64,000 nt of DNA from Deltaproteobacteria bacterium (lineage in GTDB: Bacteria > Bdellovibrionota > JAJCYS01). The stretch is taken from the NCBI GenBank assembly GCA_029262815.1, contig JAJCYS010000042.1:13156-77155 (forward strand). Reading direction: 5' to 3'. Position numbers and translations under genes: made by a program. Positions 32,703 through 42,162 of this stretch are shown here, piece after piece; position 1 is the first letter of the stretch, and each line of letters begins with the position of its first letter. The notes beneath the pieces were generated by a model, which was not told the DNA's origin, searched no databases, and was given only the letters and a program-made list of their open reading frames with translations.

Positions 32703-33677
32703 ATGGAAGCAGAAAACGAACAAAAGCTTATCTTTTCTGGTAGAAACGTTGAAGAAGCTTTGCAAAATGCTCGAGATAAATTAGGACTAGATCCTTTTAC
32801 TCAGCTTTCGTATAAAGTCATTGAAGAAAGTGCAAAGAAGAAGTTTTTGCTGTTTGGCGCACAAAAAAGAGAAGTCCGAATAGAAATTCATTTTTCTAAA
32901 AGTGAGCCGTCTGATGAAGAAGAGGATGATGCACAAATTGTCGCACATCAAGATGTAAAACAAATGGTTGCAGATGTTTGGAATACGACAGCACCTTCAC
33001 CAACCCTCACTAATAGCACGCAACAAAAACAACATCCGAATAGAAGACCTCCCCCCCAGCGGAATAAGCCTGAAGTACGCACTAATAAACGTCGCAAACC
33101 GAGAAATGATAGAAACCAAGATCAGCAACGTCCACAACGAAACGTAAAGGCACCCTCACAAGCTCCCAAAAAACCTGCTGGGCCACCTATTTCAGATGAA
33201 GCCCTTACTGTATTAGGAAACAACGTCAAGTCTTTGTTCGAAAAAATGGGCTTGGATTTAACCCTAACGTTAGAGCGGAGCATTAAAAACCCTGGAATTG
33301 TTAGGGTTCAACCTGAAGGGAAGGATTGTGCGTGGTTATATAGCCAAAAATCAGCCTTTATTCAAAGTCTTGAGGAACTCACTCTGAAGATGTTGAGAAC
33401 TCGTTATGATGAAGAGCAACGGTGTCAACTGTATTTTGTTGGGCTTCGGTCTTTTAGAAGAAGTCATACAAATCCCGTTGATGATAAAAAACTGGTAGGA
33501 GAAGTAGAAAAACACATTGCAAAAATTATTGAAACGGGTGAGCCCGTAGTCATTGGGCCCTACAATGCATTTGAACGACGACTGATTCATCGAAGAGTAT
33601 CCGAAGCAGATGGGTTGACAACTGAGAGCCAAGGAGATGGCTCGTCTAAGATGGTGACCATTCAAAAACTGGCATGA
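32703..33677 (+). CDS. jag: Jag/KhpB-type RNA-binding protein (Jag_N + KH + R3H) with basic low-complexity insertion
   Basis: 324 aa. C-terminal R3H motif (FERRLIHRRV). Conserved position between yidC and mnmE. Central Q/P/R/N-rich linker. Confidence 0.6.
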   Translation: MEAENEQKLIFSGRNVEEALQNARDKLGLDPFTQLSYKVIEESAKKKFLLFGAQKREVRIEIHFSKSEPSDEEEDDAQIVAHQDVKQMVADVWNTTAPSPTLTNSTQQKQHPNRRPPPQRNKPEVRTNKRRKPRNDRNQDQQRPQRNVKAPSQAPKKPAGPPISDEALTVLGNNVKSLFEKMGLDLTLTLERSIKNPGIVRVQPEGKDCAWLYSQKSAFIQSLEELTLKMLRTRYDEEQRCQLYFVGLRSFRRSHTNPVDDKKLVGEVEKHIAKIIETGEPVVIGPYNAFERRLIHRRVSEADGLTTESQGDGSSKMVTIQKLA

Positions 33678-33678
33678 G

Positions 33679-35046
33679 ATGAGCACGCTACCTGATACTA
33701 TTTGTGCGTGCGCGACTTCTTTGCCTTCTCCTATTGCTGTGATTCGGGTTTCCGGATCTGAGACTCTGGAATTATTTTCCAAAGTGTTCAAGGGGTTCGT
33801 GTACCAACCCAATCGAATTCAATGTGTTAATTTGAGCCTCAAACCATTAAGCGATGAAGTAATGATTTGGGCTTCATCAGGCCCACAAACCTTTACAGGT
33901 GAGGACTACGGGGAACTTATGGTTCATGGAGGGCCGGAGTGGGTACGGCAAGTTCTCAAATACCTTGTGTCTCTTGGGGCCCGTCTAGCAGAACCTGGTG
34001 AGTTCTCATATCGTGCTTTTTTACAAGGTAAGATATCTGTATCTAGTGCTTTAGGTATTGGTGCTATTTTAAATAGTAAGACACAGTATGACTTGGCTGC
34101 TATCGCATGTCTTAAAAACAATCAACTACATACACTTTTTGTGGATACGAGGCAGTCTGTTATACGTCTTCATAGCGCCTTGCAAATGACCCTAGATTAC
34201 ACGGAGCAGGGTTATGAAACAAATGAGATTGGGCAAGAGATAAAAGAGGCTGTGGTTGCGTTTGGGGCTTATCTAAAAAAAATGCATGATACTTTAGGGC
34301 CCTTGGCTCAAATCGCTCAAACCCCGACTTTAGTTATTGCTGGGGAACCCAATGTGGGAAAATCGACGCTGTTCAATCAGGTTGTTGGCTATGATCGAGC
34401 GCTCATGAGCCCTATTGCTGGGACAACTCGTGACTATATAAGCTCACCTATGTCTTACGAAGCGTTTCGGTTTGACTTAATTGATACTGCTGGTCTTCGT
34501 GAAACTCAGGACGATTTAGAAAAAATGGGCATTCAAGAAACTGAAAGCTGTCTTGAGAAAGCACAGGGCATTATTCTTGTTTGCGATATTCAAAACCTAA
34601 ATCTTAAAAAGATCGAACGATTTTGCATGCTCCATTCACAGCCTCTTTGGATTCTTGGGAATAAAGCAGATTTATGTAATGACCATCAAATTACTAATTT
34701 TAAAAATACTCTTTCTCAGTTGGCTTTAACGTTTTCGCATATGAGGTACAGCTTATGCTCTTTGAAAGAAAAAAATCTCAGCTCGACTGAGTTATTACCG
34801 CACCTTACATCAAATATGGATAGCGGGTGTGTAACGCCTGGTTCATTTCCTGAACCTGTGCGTACGGTGTGTGAGGATCTCTTGTCTCAAGGACACACCT
34901 GTGTAGACGAGATACAAAAACAAAACTATGACTTAGGGCACATGTTACTCGATCGAATACGTCCAAAGTTGGCGTTACTCACTGGAGAAATTAAGGACGA
35001 GGCTATTTATGACCACCTTTTTGCCTCTTTTTGCCTAGGGAAATAA
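33679..35046 (+). CDS. mnmE: tRNA modification GTPase MnmE
   Basis: 455 aa. N-terminal TIAAIAT-like segment, G-domain GEPNVGKSTLFN ... TTRD ... DTAGLR, and a C-terminal CxGK motif (FCLGK). Confidence 0.9.
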   Translation: MSTLPDTICACATSLPSPIAVIRVSGSETLELFSKVFKGFVYQPNRIQCVNLSLKPLSDEVMIWASSGPQTFTGEDYGELMVHGGPEWVRQVLKYLVSLGARLAEPGEFSYRAFLQGKISVSSALGIGAILNSKTQYDLAAIACLKNNQLHTLFVDTRQSVIRLHSALQMTLDYTEQGYETNEIGQEIKEAVVAFGAYLKKMHDTLGPLAQIAQTPTLVIAGEPNVGKSTLFNQVVGYDRALMSPIAGTTRDYISSPMSYEAFRFDLIDTAGLRETQDDLEKMGIQETESCLEKAQGIILVCDIQNLNLKKIERFCMLHSQPLWILGNKADLCNDHQITNFKNTLSQLALTFSHMRYSLCSLKEKNLSSTELLPHLTSNMDSGCVTPGSFPEPVRTVCEDLLSQGHTCVDEIQKQNYDLGHMLLDRIRPKLALLTGEIKDEAIYDHLFASFCLGK

Positions 35047-35080
35047 CGTCCCATAATTGCAAATATGCTATGCAACTTGC

Positions 35081-35614
35081 CTAACCAATCAGAACTCTGT
35101 ATCCCAGATAAAGCAGTGGAATATAGCATATAACTTCATTTCCGAACATTCCCGGGGCTCGAAAAACGGGATGTATGTGATAACCCAACCAAAAAAGAAA
35201 TCTATTCATCACAAAGGTTAAGCATAGGATGGGAATCCAATTTAAATACTCATATCCCAAATGCATACTCAGCACTAAGGACATGACAAGGAATAAAAAG
35301 CATTGTTGATGGGTGTTATCCACATATCTTATATAGACGTGGAGCCTAGGAGGGATATCCGAATGGAGGGGGTTAATGTTCTCAGATAAGAATCGGCTAT
35401 TGGCAACAGCGCCAATTCCCATCAATAAAGAAAGAGCAGGGAATATGTTCCATTTTAAAGTGTATAATACGGCGTCTATTGGACTAGAAGACTCTGGTAG
35501 CGTGAAGTGTACACCATAATAGAGCGCACAGATAAACCCAGTGTTTATAATCAATCCACCTGCTCCACCTGCAAGCACCATCAATTGTTTGTATCTGAGC
35601 GATTTTTCGTGCAT
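35081..35614 (-). CDS. hypothetical polytopic membrane protein
   Basis: 177 aa with about 4 hydrophobic helices. No family recognised. Confidence 0.4.
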   Translation of the reverse strand: MHEKSLRYKQLMVLAGGAGGLIINTGFICALYYGVHFTLPESSSPIDAVLYTLKWNIFPALSLLMGIGAVANSRFLSENINPLHSDIPPRLHVYIRYVDNTHQQCFLFLVMSLVLSMHLGYEYLNWIPILCLTFVMNRFLFWLGYHIHPVFRAPGMFGNEVICYIPLLYLGYRVLIG

Positions 35615-35658
35615 TTCCTTCCCCCTCCGCCTTTTTATAACAAGAATGACTGTTTAGA

Positions 35659-36231
35659 TCACAACCTGCCGGTACTTTTGAGATATCCTCTTGTGTTGAG
35701 AGCTAGTTTCTTTTCTTGAAGCGTTAAAATAGCTTCTTCTGCGGCGACGCGCTTACGATTTTTTGGATCGATTGTTTTTAAAAGCCTTAATGTTTGACGG
35801 ACATAGCCAGCATAAGCTTGAAACCCAATTTTGTTTTGAATCTGTACATATTGCTTCGTTTTTAGAGTGAGTTGAGCCAAGTGCTCCCAAAGCAAAAACT
35901 TTAGAGCCCGTTTCATAGGTCTCAGGTTGTTGTTTGGAACAGCTTGGACCACTTTTTTTTCTAGAAGTGGTGGAGTGAATGGGTTTTTACCGGTGGGTGA
36001 GACCTCCAAAGCAATAATCCGTTCTCGTAATACGCTTATGTTTTCCTGAGTATTCGCCAATTCTTTTTTTAGGATAGATACTTCAGTCTCTAGTTTGGTT
36101 GTTTTTATGGAAGAGGCTGAAGCGTTTTGCTTGATTTTGGCCTGCTGACTTGATTGAAGTCGCGTCTTTTGACATCCAGCCAAAACGATAAGACCACTAA
36201 TTACAGCCAACGCGATTGTTTTTTTGTCCAT
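35659..36231 (-). CDS. coiled-coil lipoprotein (start adjusted from ORF-track 36375 to internal Met)
   Basis: MDKKTIALAVISGLIVLAGCQKT gives a signal peptide plus lipobox, followed by a heptad-rich region. AGAGGTGA Shine-Dalgarno 5 nt upstream of the internal ATG. The longer ORF would swallow the parS site at 36307. Confidence 0.45.
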   Translation of the reverse strand: MDKKTIALAVISGLIVLAGCQKTRLQSSQQAKIKQNASASSIKTTKLETEVSILKKELANTQENISVLRERIIALEVSPTGKNPFTPPLLEKKVVQAVPNNNLRPMKRALKFLLWEHLAQLTLKTKQYVQIQNKIGFQAYAGYVRQTLRLLKTIDPKNRKRVAAEEAILTLQEKKLALNTRGYLKSTGRL

Positions 36232-36306
36232 TGATGTCACCTCTAATTTGGAAATAAATTTTCTTGGGTAGTATATCAAAATTACAAAAATGACTGAGAG
36301 AAAAAA

Positions 36307-36322
36307 TGTTCCACGTGGAACA
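36307..36322. promoter_or_regulatory. parS: parS site (ParB-binding centromere), TGTTCCACGTGGAACA
   Basis: Perfect 16-bp palindrome matching the parS consensus half-site TGTTCCAC. It is embedded in a 20-bp palindrome, AATGTTCCACGTGGAACATT. Confidence 0.6.
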
Positions 36323-36461
36323 TTGCCAATGTACAGAATAAGGCTAGATCGACACATAATTTTCGCTAAAGCCATCTCCTCATATCCAGGTAAGCTGTGG
36401 ATATATCTAACTATTTGAATATTAAGGCTTTTTCACGCGACGCCTTTTTTTGGATACCCTA

Positions 36462-36477
36462 TGTTCCACGTGGAACA
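36462..36477. promoter_or_regulatory. parS: parS site, TGTTCCACGTGGAACA (core of a 28-bp perfect palindrome)
   Basis: ACCCTATGTTCCACGTGGAACATAGGGT is a perfect palindrome. It lies about 55 bp upstream of mnmG. Confidence 0.6.
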
Positions 36478-36529
36478 TAGGGTATTTTGTGATAGGATAT
36501 TTCAAATCTCTGGGAATAGGTAAGTTAGC

Positions 36530-38407
36530 TTGGGTATGAATTCAAACAAAACAGACAAATTTGATGTACTCATCGTTGGTGGGGGTCACGCAGGGATTGA
36601 GGCTGCATGGGTAGCTTCTAAACGGTGTGCTCGCGTTGCGCTTGTAACTTTTTCGAGAAAAACGATTGGCGCGATGTCGTGCAACCCTGCAATTGGCGGT
36701 CAAGGGAAAGGACAATTAGTCAAAGAGTTAGATGTCTTAGGCGGGGTAATGCCGCGTGTCGCAGACCAAACAGGGATTCAGTTTAAACGTCTAAATACGA
36801 AGAAAGGGCCAGCAGTATGGTCCAGTAGGGCTCAATGTGATAAAGAGGCCTATGCCTTTCGAATGCAGCAATTACTAGAACAGTGCCCAAACTTAACAAC
36901 TCTTGAGGCAGAAGTAATCGGTGTTTCTGGGGCTCACCCAGACTTTATTGTACGAACGAGTTGTGGTCTCTCACTTAAAGCCAAAACCATTATTTTGACG
37001 ATGGGAACCTTTTTAAGAGGGCAAATGCATGTTGGTTCTGATTCGCAAAAGGGAGGTCGGCTGGGGGATGCATCAGCAGATCATTTATCGCAGAGTTTAT
37101 CTGATTCGTATGGGGTAACCTGGCGTCGTTTCAAAACGGGCACTCCCCCTCGTTTGGACTCTGAAAGTATCGATTGGGAACGATTAGAAACACAATCTGG
37201 AGATAGTCAACCTTCTCCATTTTCTCTTTGGACATCTCATGTCTCTAATCAAATTACCTGCGCACTCACGTATACGAACACTGAAATACATGATTTTATT
37301 GAGAAAAACCTGAATCAGTCTCCATTATTCAATGGGCAGATAACATCTATTGGTCCGAGATACTGTCCATCTATTGAAGATAAGATTCACAGGTTTTCGA
37401 GTAGGCAAAGGCATCAAATATTTTTAGAGCCTGAAAGTTTGAGTAGTTCGAGCGTTTATGTGAATGGATTATCCACTTCTTTGCCAAAGGATATCCAGTC
37501 ACACATCGTCGCTCTCATTCCCGGACTCGAACAAGCGCGATTTCTTCGGTATGGGTATGCGGTTGAGTATGACTGTATCGATCCCCAAATATTAACACTA
37601 TCTTTACGGCATAAAAATATGCCCGGTCTGTATTTTGCAGGCCAAATCAACGGAACAAGCGGGTACGAAGAAGCTGCAATACAAGGATTTGTAGCAGGTC
37701 TATCAGCGAGTTGTGAATTAGGTGAAGAGTCGATGCCTGTTTTTCCAAGAGCGACCAGCTACATTGGTGTATTGTTAAGTGATTTAACGAGGCATGGTAC
37801 GTTAGAGCCCTATAGGATGTTTACATCAAGATGTGAACATAGGTTGAGCGTCCGTGAAGATAATGCAATAGAGAGGTTGCTGCCACATTCAATAAAATAT
37901 AATTTACTTTCTCAGGTTGAGATCCAGGGTTGTGAGGATATTATTTCTGGGTATCGCGATCTACTCAAACAAGCTTCTACAGGGCAAGTTAAACTTGCAA
38001 CAGTTCCGCCTAAACTATTTAAAGAAGCCGTACTGGTTGATCAAATGGATATGGACACATTTGTGTCCCTTGCGCAATCTGCCCCTATAAATGGCAAGGG
38101 GATTTTAGAGCGGGCCTTTGTCGAAATTAAGTATGCAGGATATTTAGCTCGGGAACAAAAAGATATTGCAAGGCTTGAAAAAGAAGCGCACATAAAAATT
38201 CCAACCACGCTGAATTTTTTAAGTGTGCCTGGCCTCTCAAATGAAGCTCGAAACAGACTTAGTGAAGCGAGCCCACGCACTGTAGAAGAGGCAAAGCGTC
38301 TATTTGGTGTTACGCCTGCAGATATCTTAGTGCTCCTGAGGTTTATGGGTCGCAAAGGGAAAGGGAAAAAAGATGTTCTACGTGGAACAAAGCCTGAGAT
38401 AAGATAG
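36530..38407 (+). CDS. mnmG: tRNA uridine 5-carboxymethylaminomethyl modification enzyme MnmG (GidA)
   Basis: 625 aa. FAD-binding VLIVGGGHAGIEAA and full-length similarity to MnmG. Confidence 0.9.
   Translation: MGMNSNKTDKFDVLIVGGGHAGIEAAWVASKRCARVALVTFSRKTIGAMSCNPAIGGQGKGQLVKELDVLGGVMPRVADQTGIQFKRLNTKKGPAVWSSRAQCDKEAYAFRMQQLLEQCPNLTTLEAEVIGVSGAHPDFIVRTSCGLSLKAKTIILTMGTFLRGQMHVGSDSQKGGRLGDASADHLSQSLSDSYGVTWRRFKTGTPPRLDSESIDWERLETQSGDSQPSPFSLWTSHVSNQITCALTYTNTEIHDFIEKNLNQSPLFNGQITSIGPRYCPSIEDKIHRFSSRQRHQIFLEPESLSSSSVYVNGLSTSLPKDIQSHIVALIPGLEQARFLRYGYAVEYDCIDPQILTLSLRHKNMPGLYFAGQINGTSGYEEAAIQGFVAGLSASCELGEESMPVFPRATSYIGVLLSDLTRHGTLEPYRMFTSRCEHRLSVREDNAIERLLPHSIKYNLLSQVEIQGCEDIISGYRDLLKQASTGQVKLATVPPKLFKEAVLVDQMDMDTFVSLAQSAPINGKGILERAFVEIKYAGYLAREQKDIARLEKEAHIKIPTTLNFLSVPGLSNEARNRLSEASPRTVEEAKRLFGVTPADILVLLRFMGRKGKGKKDVLRGTKPEIR
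38374..38389. promoter_or_regulatory. parS-like site with one mismatch (TGTTCTACGTGGAACA) inside the 3' end of mnmG
   Basis: 15/16 match to the two perfect sites. Located 26 bp upstream of parA. Confidence 0.45.
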
Positions 38408-38414
38408 GAATGTT

Positions 38415-39230
38415 ATGAAAAAGATTATATGCGTCTCAAATCAAAAAGGTGGAGTGGGTAAAACCACTACCTCCATTAATTTATCTGCATCTTTAGCTAT
38501 GGCTGGACGGAAGGTTTTGTTAGTTGACCTGGACCCGCAAGGCAACGCTAGCTCTGGACTTGGCTTGAAGAGCAAGGATTATGCACATGCAAATATTTAC
38601 CATGTTTTGCTTGAAGAAATTCCAATAGAGGAAGCCATATATAGAACACAAATTGATTTATTAGATCTTTGTCCCGCGAATAACGATTTGAGTGGTGCAG
38701 AGTTGGAGCTTGTGAATACGATAGGGCGTGAATTGAGACTCAAAAATGTCCTCAAAAAAACATTACCCTATTACGATTATATTTTTATTGATTGTCCTCC
38801 CTCATTAGGGATTTTGACTGTAAATGCATTAGTAGCTGCTAACTCATATTTAATTCCGATGCAGTGTGAGTATTTCGCCATGGAAGGATTAACCAATTTT
38901 TTAAATATTGTCAGTATTGTCCAGTCCAGTTTGAATAAAGAGTTGGCCCGAGAGGGCATAGTTTTAACGATGTACGATTCGAGAAATAACTTGTCTCGCC
39001 AAGTGCGTGACGAAATTCATGAGTACTTTAAAACGGGTATTTTTGAGACACAGATTCCAAGAAATGTCAGACTCAGTGAGTGTCCTAGCCATGGCAAGCC
39101 GGTTTGTTTATATGATCCGACTTCATCCGGTGCAAAAGCATATGCTAAACTTGCCCAAGAGTTTTTGAAAAAGTACAAAGCTAAAGGAAAGCAGAATGAA
39201 AGAGTCCAATTCTCAGAAACAACTTCGTAA
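38415..39230 (+). CDS. parA: chromosome partitioning ATPase ParA/Soj
   Basis: 271 aa. Deviant Walker A KGGVGKTTTSINL. Confidence 0.85.
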   Translation: MKKIICVSNQKGGVGKTTTSINLSASLAMAGRKVLLVDLDPQGNASSGLGLKSKDYAHANIYHVLLEEIPIEEAIYRTQIDLLDLCPANNDLSGAELELVNTIGRELRLKNVLKKTLPYYDYIFIDCPPSLGILTVNALVAANSYLIPMQCEYFAMEGLTNFLNIVSIVQSSLNKELAREGIVLTMYDSRNNLSRQVRDEIHEYFKTGIFETQIPRNVRLSECPSHGKPVCLYDPTSSGAKAYAKLAQEFLKKYKAKGKQNERVQFSETTS

Positions 39231-40119
39231 AAGAGGGTTAGGCAGAGGGTTAGCTAACCTGCTTGCAAGTACAACTGAACAAGTACAAGAAAATATTGCT
39301 GGAGCGTACAACGCACAAGTCCAATCCCTTACACTGGACCGAATAAGACCGAATGAGAAACAGCCTAGAGAAAAATTTGATGCTGAAGCGCTTCAAACAT
39401 TAGCCGAATCTATCAAAGCGTATGGGGTTATTCAGCCTATTCTTGTCGCCCCAATTCCAGGGTCTTCTCGGTACAGTATTATTGCTGGTGAACGACGGTT
39501 TAGGGCTTCAAAGTTAGCTGGGCAAGCTTCAATTCCCGTTCAAATTTATACTAAGGAATTAGATCACTCCAATACGATGGTTTTAGCTCTCATTGAGAAT
39601 ATTCAAAGGGCAGATCTGTCTCCGATAGAGGAAGCAAAAGCATATCAATGGCTGCTCGAAACCCATGGTATTTCTCAGGATGAGCTTGCAAAACGTGTGG
39701 GGAAGGAACGTTCTAGTATTGCGAATACATTGCGATTACTAAAACTTCATCCCTCTGTACTTAAAGCATTAGATGATGGGTCTTTGTCGGTTGGGCATGC
39801 AAAAGTGATTTGTGGGGTTCCATTTGAGCATCAGTTGGTGGTTTTGTCTGATGTGCAAAAAAAGCACTTATCTGTTAGATCTCTAGAAGAGTGGATAGAT
39901 CGGTATAAGCCTGTGAGCGGGGTAAAGAAACAGTCTCTGAAGCGTGAGAATAAATCAAAGATGGATCCTCAGTACGATCGATTACGCCAACATGCAGAAG
40001 AGCGTCTCAACGCAAGGGTGCTTATTAAACAAACAGGCGCACAAAAAGGGAAATTGGTGATTCATTACCACGATTTAAAGATATTAGGCCAAGTCCTTGA
40101 ATTAATTGGGAAAAAATAA
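39196..40119 (+). CDS. parB: chromosome partitioning protein ParB/Spo0J
   Basis: 307 aa. N-terminal GLGRGLANLL and an HTH region. Overlaps the parA 3' end. Confidence 0.85.
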   Translation: MKESNSQKQLRKRGLGRGLANLLASTTEQVQENIAGAYNAQVQSLTLDRIRPNEKQPREKFDAEALQTLAESIKAYGVIQPILVAPIPGSSRYSIIAGERRFRASKLAGQASIPVQIYTKELDHSNTMVLALIENIQRADLSPIEEAKAYQWLLETHGISQDELAKRVGKERSSIANTLRLLKLHPSVLKALDDGSLSVGHAKVICGVPFEHQLVVLSDVQKKHLSVRSLEEWIDRYKPVSGVKKQSLKRENKSKMDPQYDRLRQHAEERLNARVLIKQTGAQKGKLVIHYHDLKILGQVLELIGKK

Positions 40120-40122
40120 TTT

Positions 40123-40455
40123 ATGGAAGGAGATTTTTGCACCTATATTCATGAAACGTGCGAGTTTAAAGGAACCCTAACTTTTGAAGGAACGACTCGT
40201 GTGGATGGGAAAGTGTCTGGTGATATCTTTTCGCATCATATGCTTATCATCGGGCCCACAGGCGTAGTAGACGGTGAAATTCATGTAGGCACTCTAATCA
40301 TCTATGGGTGTGTCAAGGGACGTGTGATGGCGAGTGAGAGGGTAGAGGCCAAGGGTGAGGCCAAAGTTCATGCTGATGTGATGGCTCCCGTCGTTCAGTT
40401 TGCAGAAGGCGTGCTTTTTGATGGGAAAGTGCAAATGAGTCTATTAGAATCTTAA
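40123..40455 (+). CDS. bactofilin-family cytoskeletal protein
   Basis: 110 aa. Beta-helical repeat pattern (GTLTFEGTTRVDGKVSGDI ... IGPTGVVDGEIHVGTLIIYGCVKGRV ... VEAKGEAKVHADV) typical of the bactofilin/DUF583 domain. Starts 4 nt after parB. Confidence 0.6.
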   Translation: MEGDFCTYIHETCEFKGTLTFEGTTRVDGKVSGDIFSHHMLIIGPTGVVDGEIHVGTLIIYGCVKGRVMASERVEAKGEAKVHADVMAPVVQFAEGVLFDGKVQMSLLES

Positions 40456-40529
40456 TTTGATTAATTGAGCCGAACAGACTAGAATTCAAATGCACAGTTA
40501 CGGGATAGTGTCAAAAAAAGGAATATGTT

Positions 40530-40967
40530 GTGTTTGAAACAGTATTGCAACAGCTAGGTATAAATAGTTCGATCTGGGTTCAGCTTGCGCTATTTATTGT
40601 GGCCTTTTTGATTCTTCACCTGTTCTTTTTTACACCCATGATGAAGTATCTAAAAAAACGTGAAGAAAAAACAACTTTGCTAGCAGAACAAATAAAAGAA
40701 GTGCAAATAAAGTTTGAAGAAAAGCAAACTGCTTATAAAACTGAGAAAGCTAATTTGTATCGTGAAGTGACAGGAATATTGAATGGTTATCGTAAACAAG
40801 CTGAGGGTGCACATCACCAGCTTGTTAATGATGGAAAAACCAAATCACTTGAAACCCTGACTCAGGGTCGTACGGCTTTTATGAAAGAATATGAACAAGT
40901 TAAAAAAGAATTAATCTTGAGAATTAATGAAGCTGAAACAAGCTTAGTTAAAACCCTTTGGCGGTAA
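40530..40967 (+). CDS. atpF: F0F1 ATP synthase subunit b' (b-like)
   Basis: 145 aa. N-terminal TM helix and a long charged helix. First of two tandem b-type genes. Confidence 0.5.
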   Translation: MFETVLQQLGINSSIWVQLALFIVAFLILHLFFFTPMMKYLKKREEKTTLLAEQIKEVQIKFEEKQTAYKTEKANLYREVTGILNGYRKQAEGAHHQLVNDGKTKSLETLTQGRTAFMKEYEQVKKELILRINEAETSLVKTLWR

Positions 40968-40968
40968 G

Positions 40969-41553
40969 GTGAGTAGGACAAGGTTGATGAGTCGAATATT
41001 GTTTGCAGGGGTACTTTGTTTGAGCTCCTCTTTTGCTTTCGCGAGTGGCGATGATGTTGTAAGTCATTTTTGGCATGCACTCATTCCAACTCTTTTTAAC
41101 TTTTGTTTATTTGCAGGGACCCTATTTTACTTTGGTCGACATAAAATAAAAGAAGCATTTTCGACTCGGGCTTTGGATATTGAGCGAACTGTGAAACGCA
41201 ATAATGAACTATATGCTTCTACCCTTGAAGCCTATCAAAAGTATGAAAAACTTTTGGAAGGCTTGGCAAAAGAGCGGAAGGAAAAAGTTCAAGAGGCACA
41301 TAAAGAAGGGGCTCGGTTTATTGAAGTAGAAGAGCGAAATGCACAAAAGCAAATCGAACGATATTCGAAAGAGTCCGAGAACACATTGGTTTTTGAGAAA
41401 GGGAAGTTGAAGCAACAGTTGATGCTTGATTTGTTGAATATGGCAAAAGAGAAATTGGTCGAAAAATCAAAAAGTAATGAAGCGAATCTCGACCCGGTTT
41501 ATTTATCAAAATTTAATGAAGTTGGTAGTCACTTGAACAAAGTGATGATGTAA
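40969..41553 (+). CDS. atpF: F0F1 ATP synthase subunit b
   Basis: 194 aa. N-terminal hydrophobic segment plus an extended K/E-rich helix. Located upstream of atpH. Confidence 0.6.
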   Translation: MSRTRLMSRILFAGVLCLSSSFAFASGDDVVSHFWHALIPTLFNFCLFAGTLFYFGRHKIKEAFSTRALDIERTVKRNNELYASTLEAYQKYEKLLEGLAKERKEKVQEAHKEGARFIEVEERNAQKQIERYSKESENTLVFEKGKLKQQLMLDLLNMAKEKLVEKSKSNEANLDPVYLSKFNEVGSHLNKVMM

Positions 41554-41565
41554 AAAAGTAATGGT

Positions 41566-42162
41566 TTGAAGATGAGTCACGATGTTTCAAAAAGATATGC
41601 CAAAGCGTTTTTTGCTGCTTGGCAACAAGATTTAAGTCTAGAGAAAATTCATCACGTGCTTGAAACATGTCAAGCGTTTGTGAATTTGTTAAAAACAAGT
41701 CCTGAAATTTCGGCTGTGTGGATTTCACCTGGATTTCATCGAGATGAGAAAACGAAGCTCATTCGAGTTTTAGAAAAACAGCAGGTGATAAGCCAAGAGA
41801 TTGTACAGATGCTCATGTTTTTGGTTGAAAAAAAACGAACAGCTATTTTCCAACCGCTGATTCAGGATTTGTATGATTTATATTATCGGCAAGCCCGAAT
41901 TCTAAGGGTAGTTGTTACGAGCGCAAGCGAGTTAAGTGGAGAGGATCAGGCCTCGGTACAAAAAAGTGTCCAGTCGTTGCCGGCTGCTGCTGACATGAAT
42001 TGTGAGTTTAGCTTCACTGTAGATACCCAAATTTTGGGGGGCATGATTATTAAGATGGGTCAATATGTGTATGACTATTCTATACATGCATCCTTGGGAC
42101 AGCTTAGACGAAGTATTGAAAACTTAAGCCCTAGAGAATTGGCAAGTAGGAGTGACGTATGA
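41566..42162 (+). CDS. atpH: F0F1 ATP synthase subunit delta (OSCP)
   Basis: 198 aa. N-terminal RYAKAFF motif and position between b and alpha. Confidence 0.65.
   Translation: MKMSHDVSKRYAKAFFAAWQQDLSLEKIHHVLETCQAFVNLLKTSPEISAVWISPGFHRDEKTKLIRVLEKQQVISQEIVQMLMFLVEKKRTAIFQPLIQDLYDLYYRQARILRVVVTSASELSGEDQASVQKSVQSLPAAADMNCEFSFTVDTQILGGMIIKMGQYVYDYSIHASLGQLRRSIENLSPRELASRSDV

Noticed and set aside
33351-33812. 153-aa minus-strand ORF across the jag/mnmE junction
   Set aside because: Antisense to two well-supported, conserved genes.
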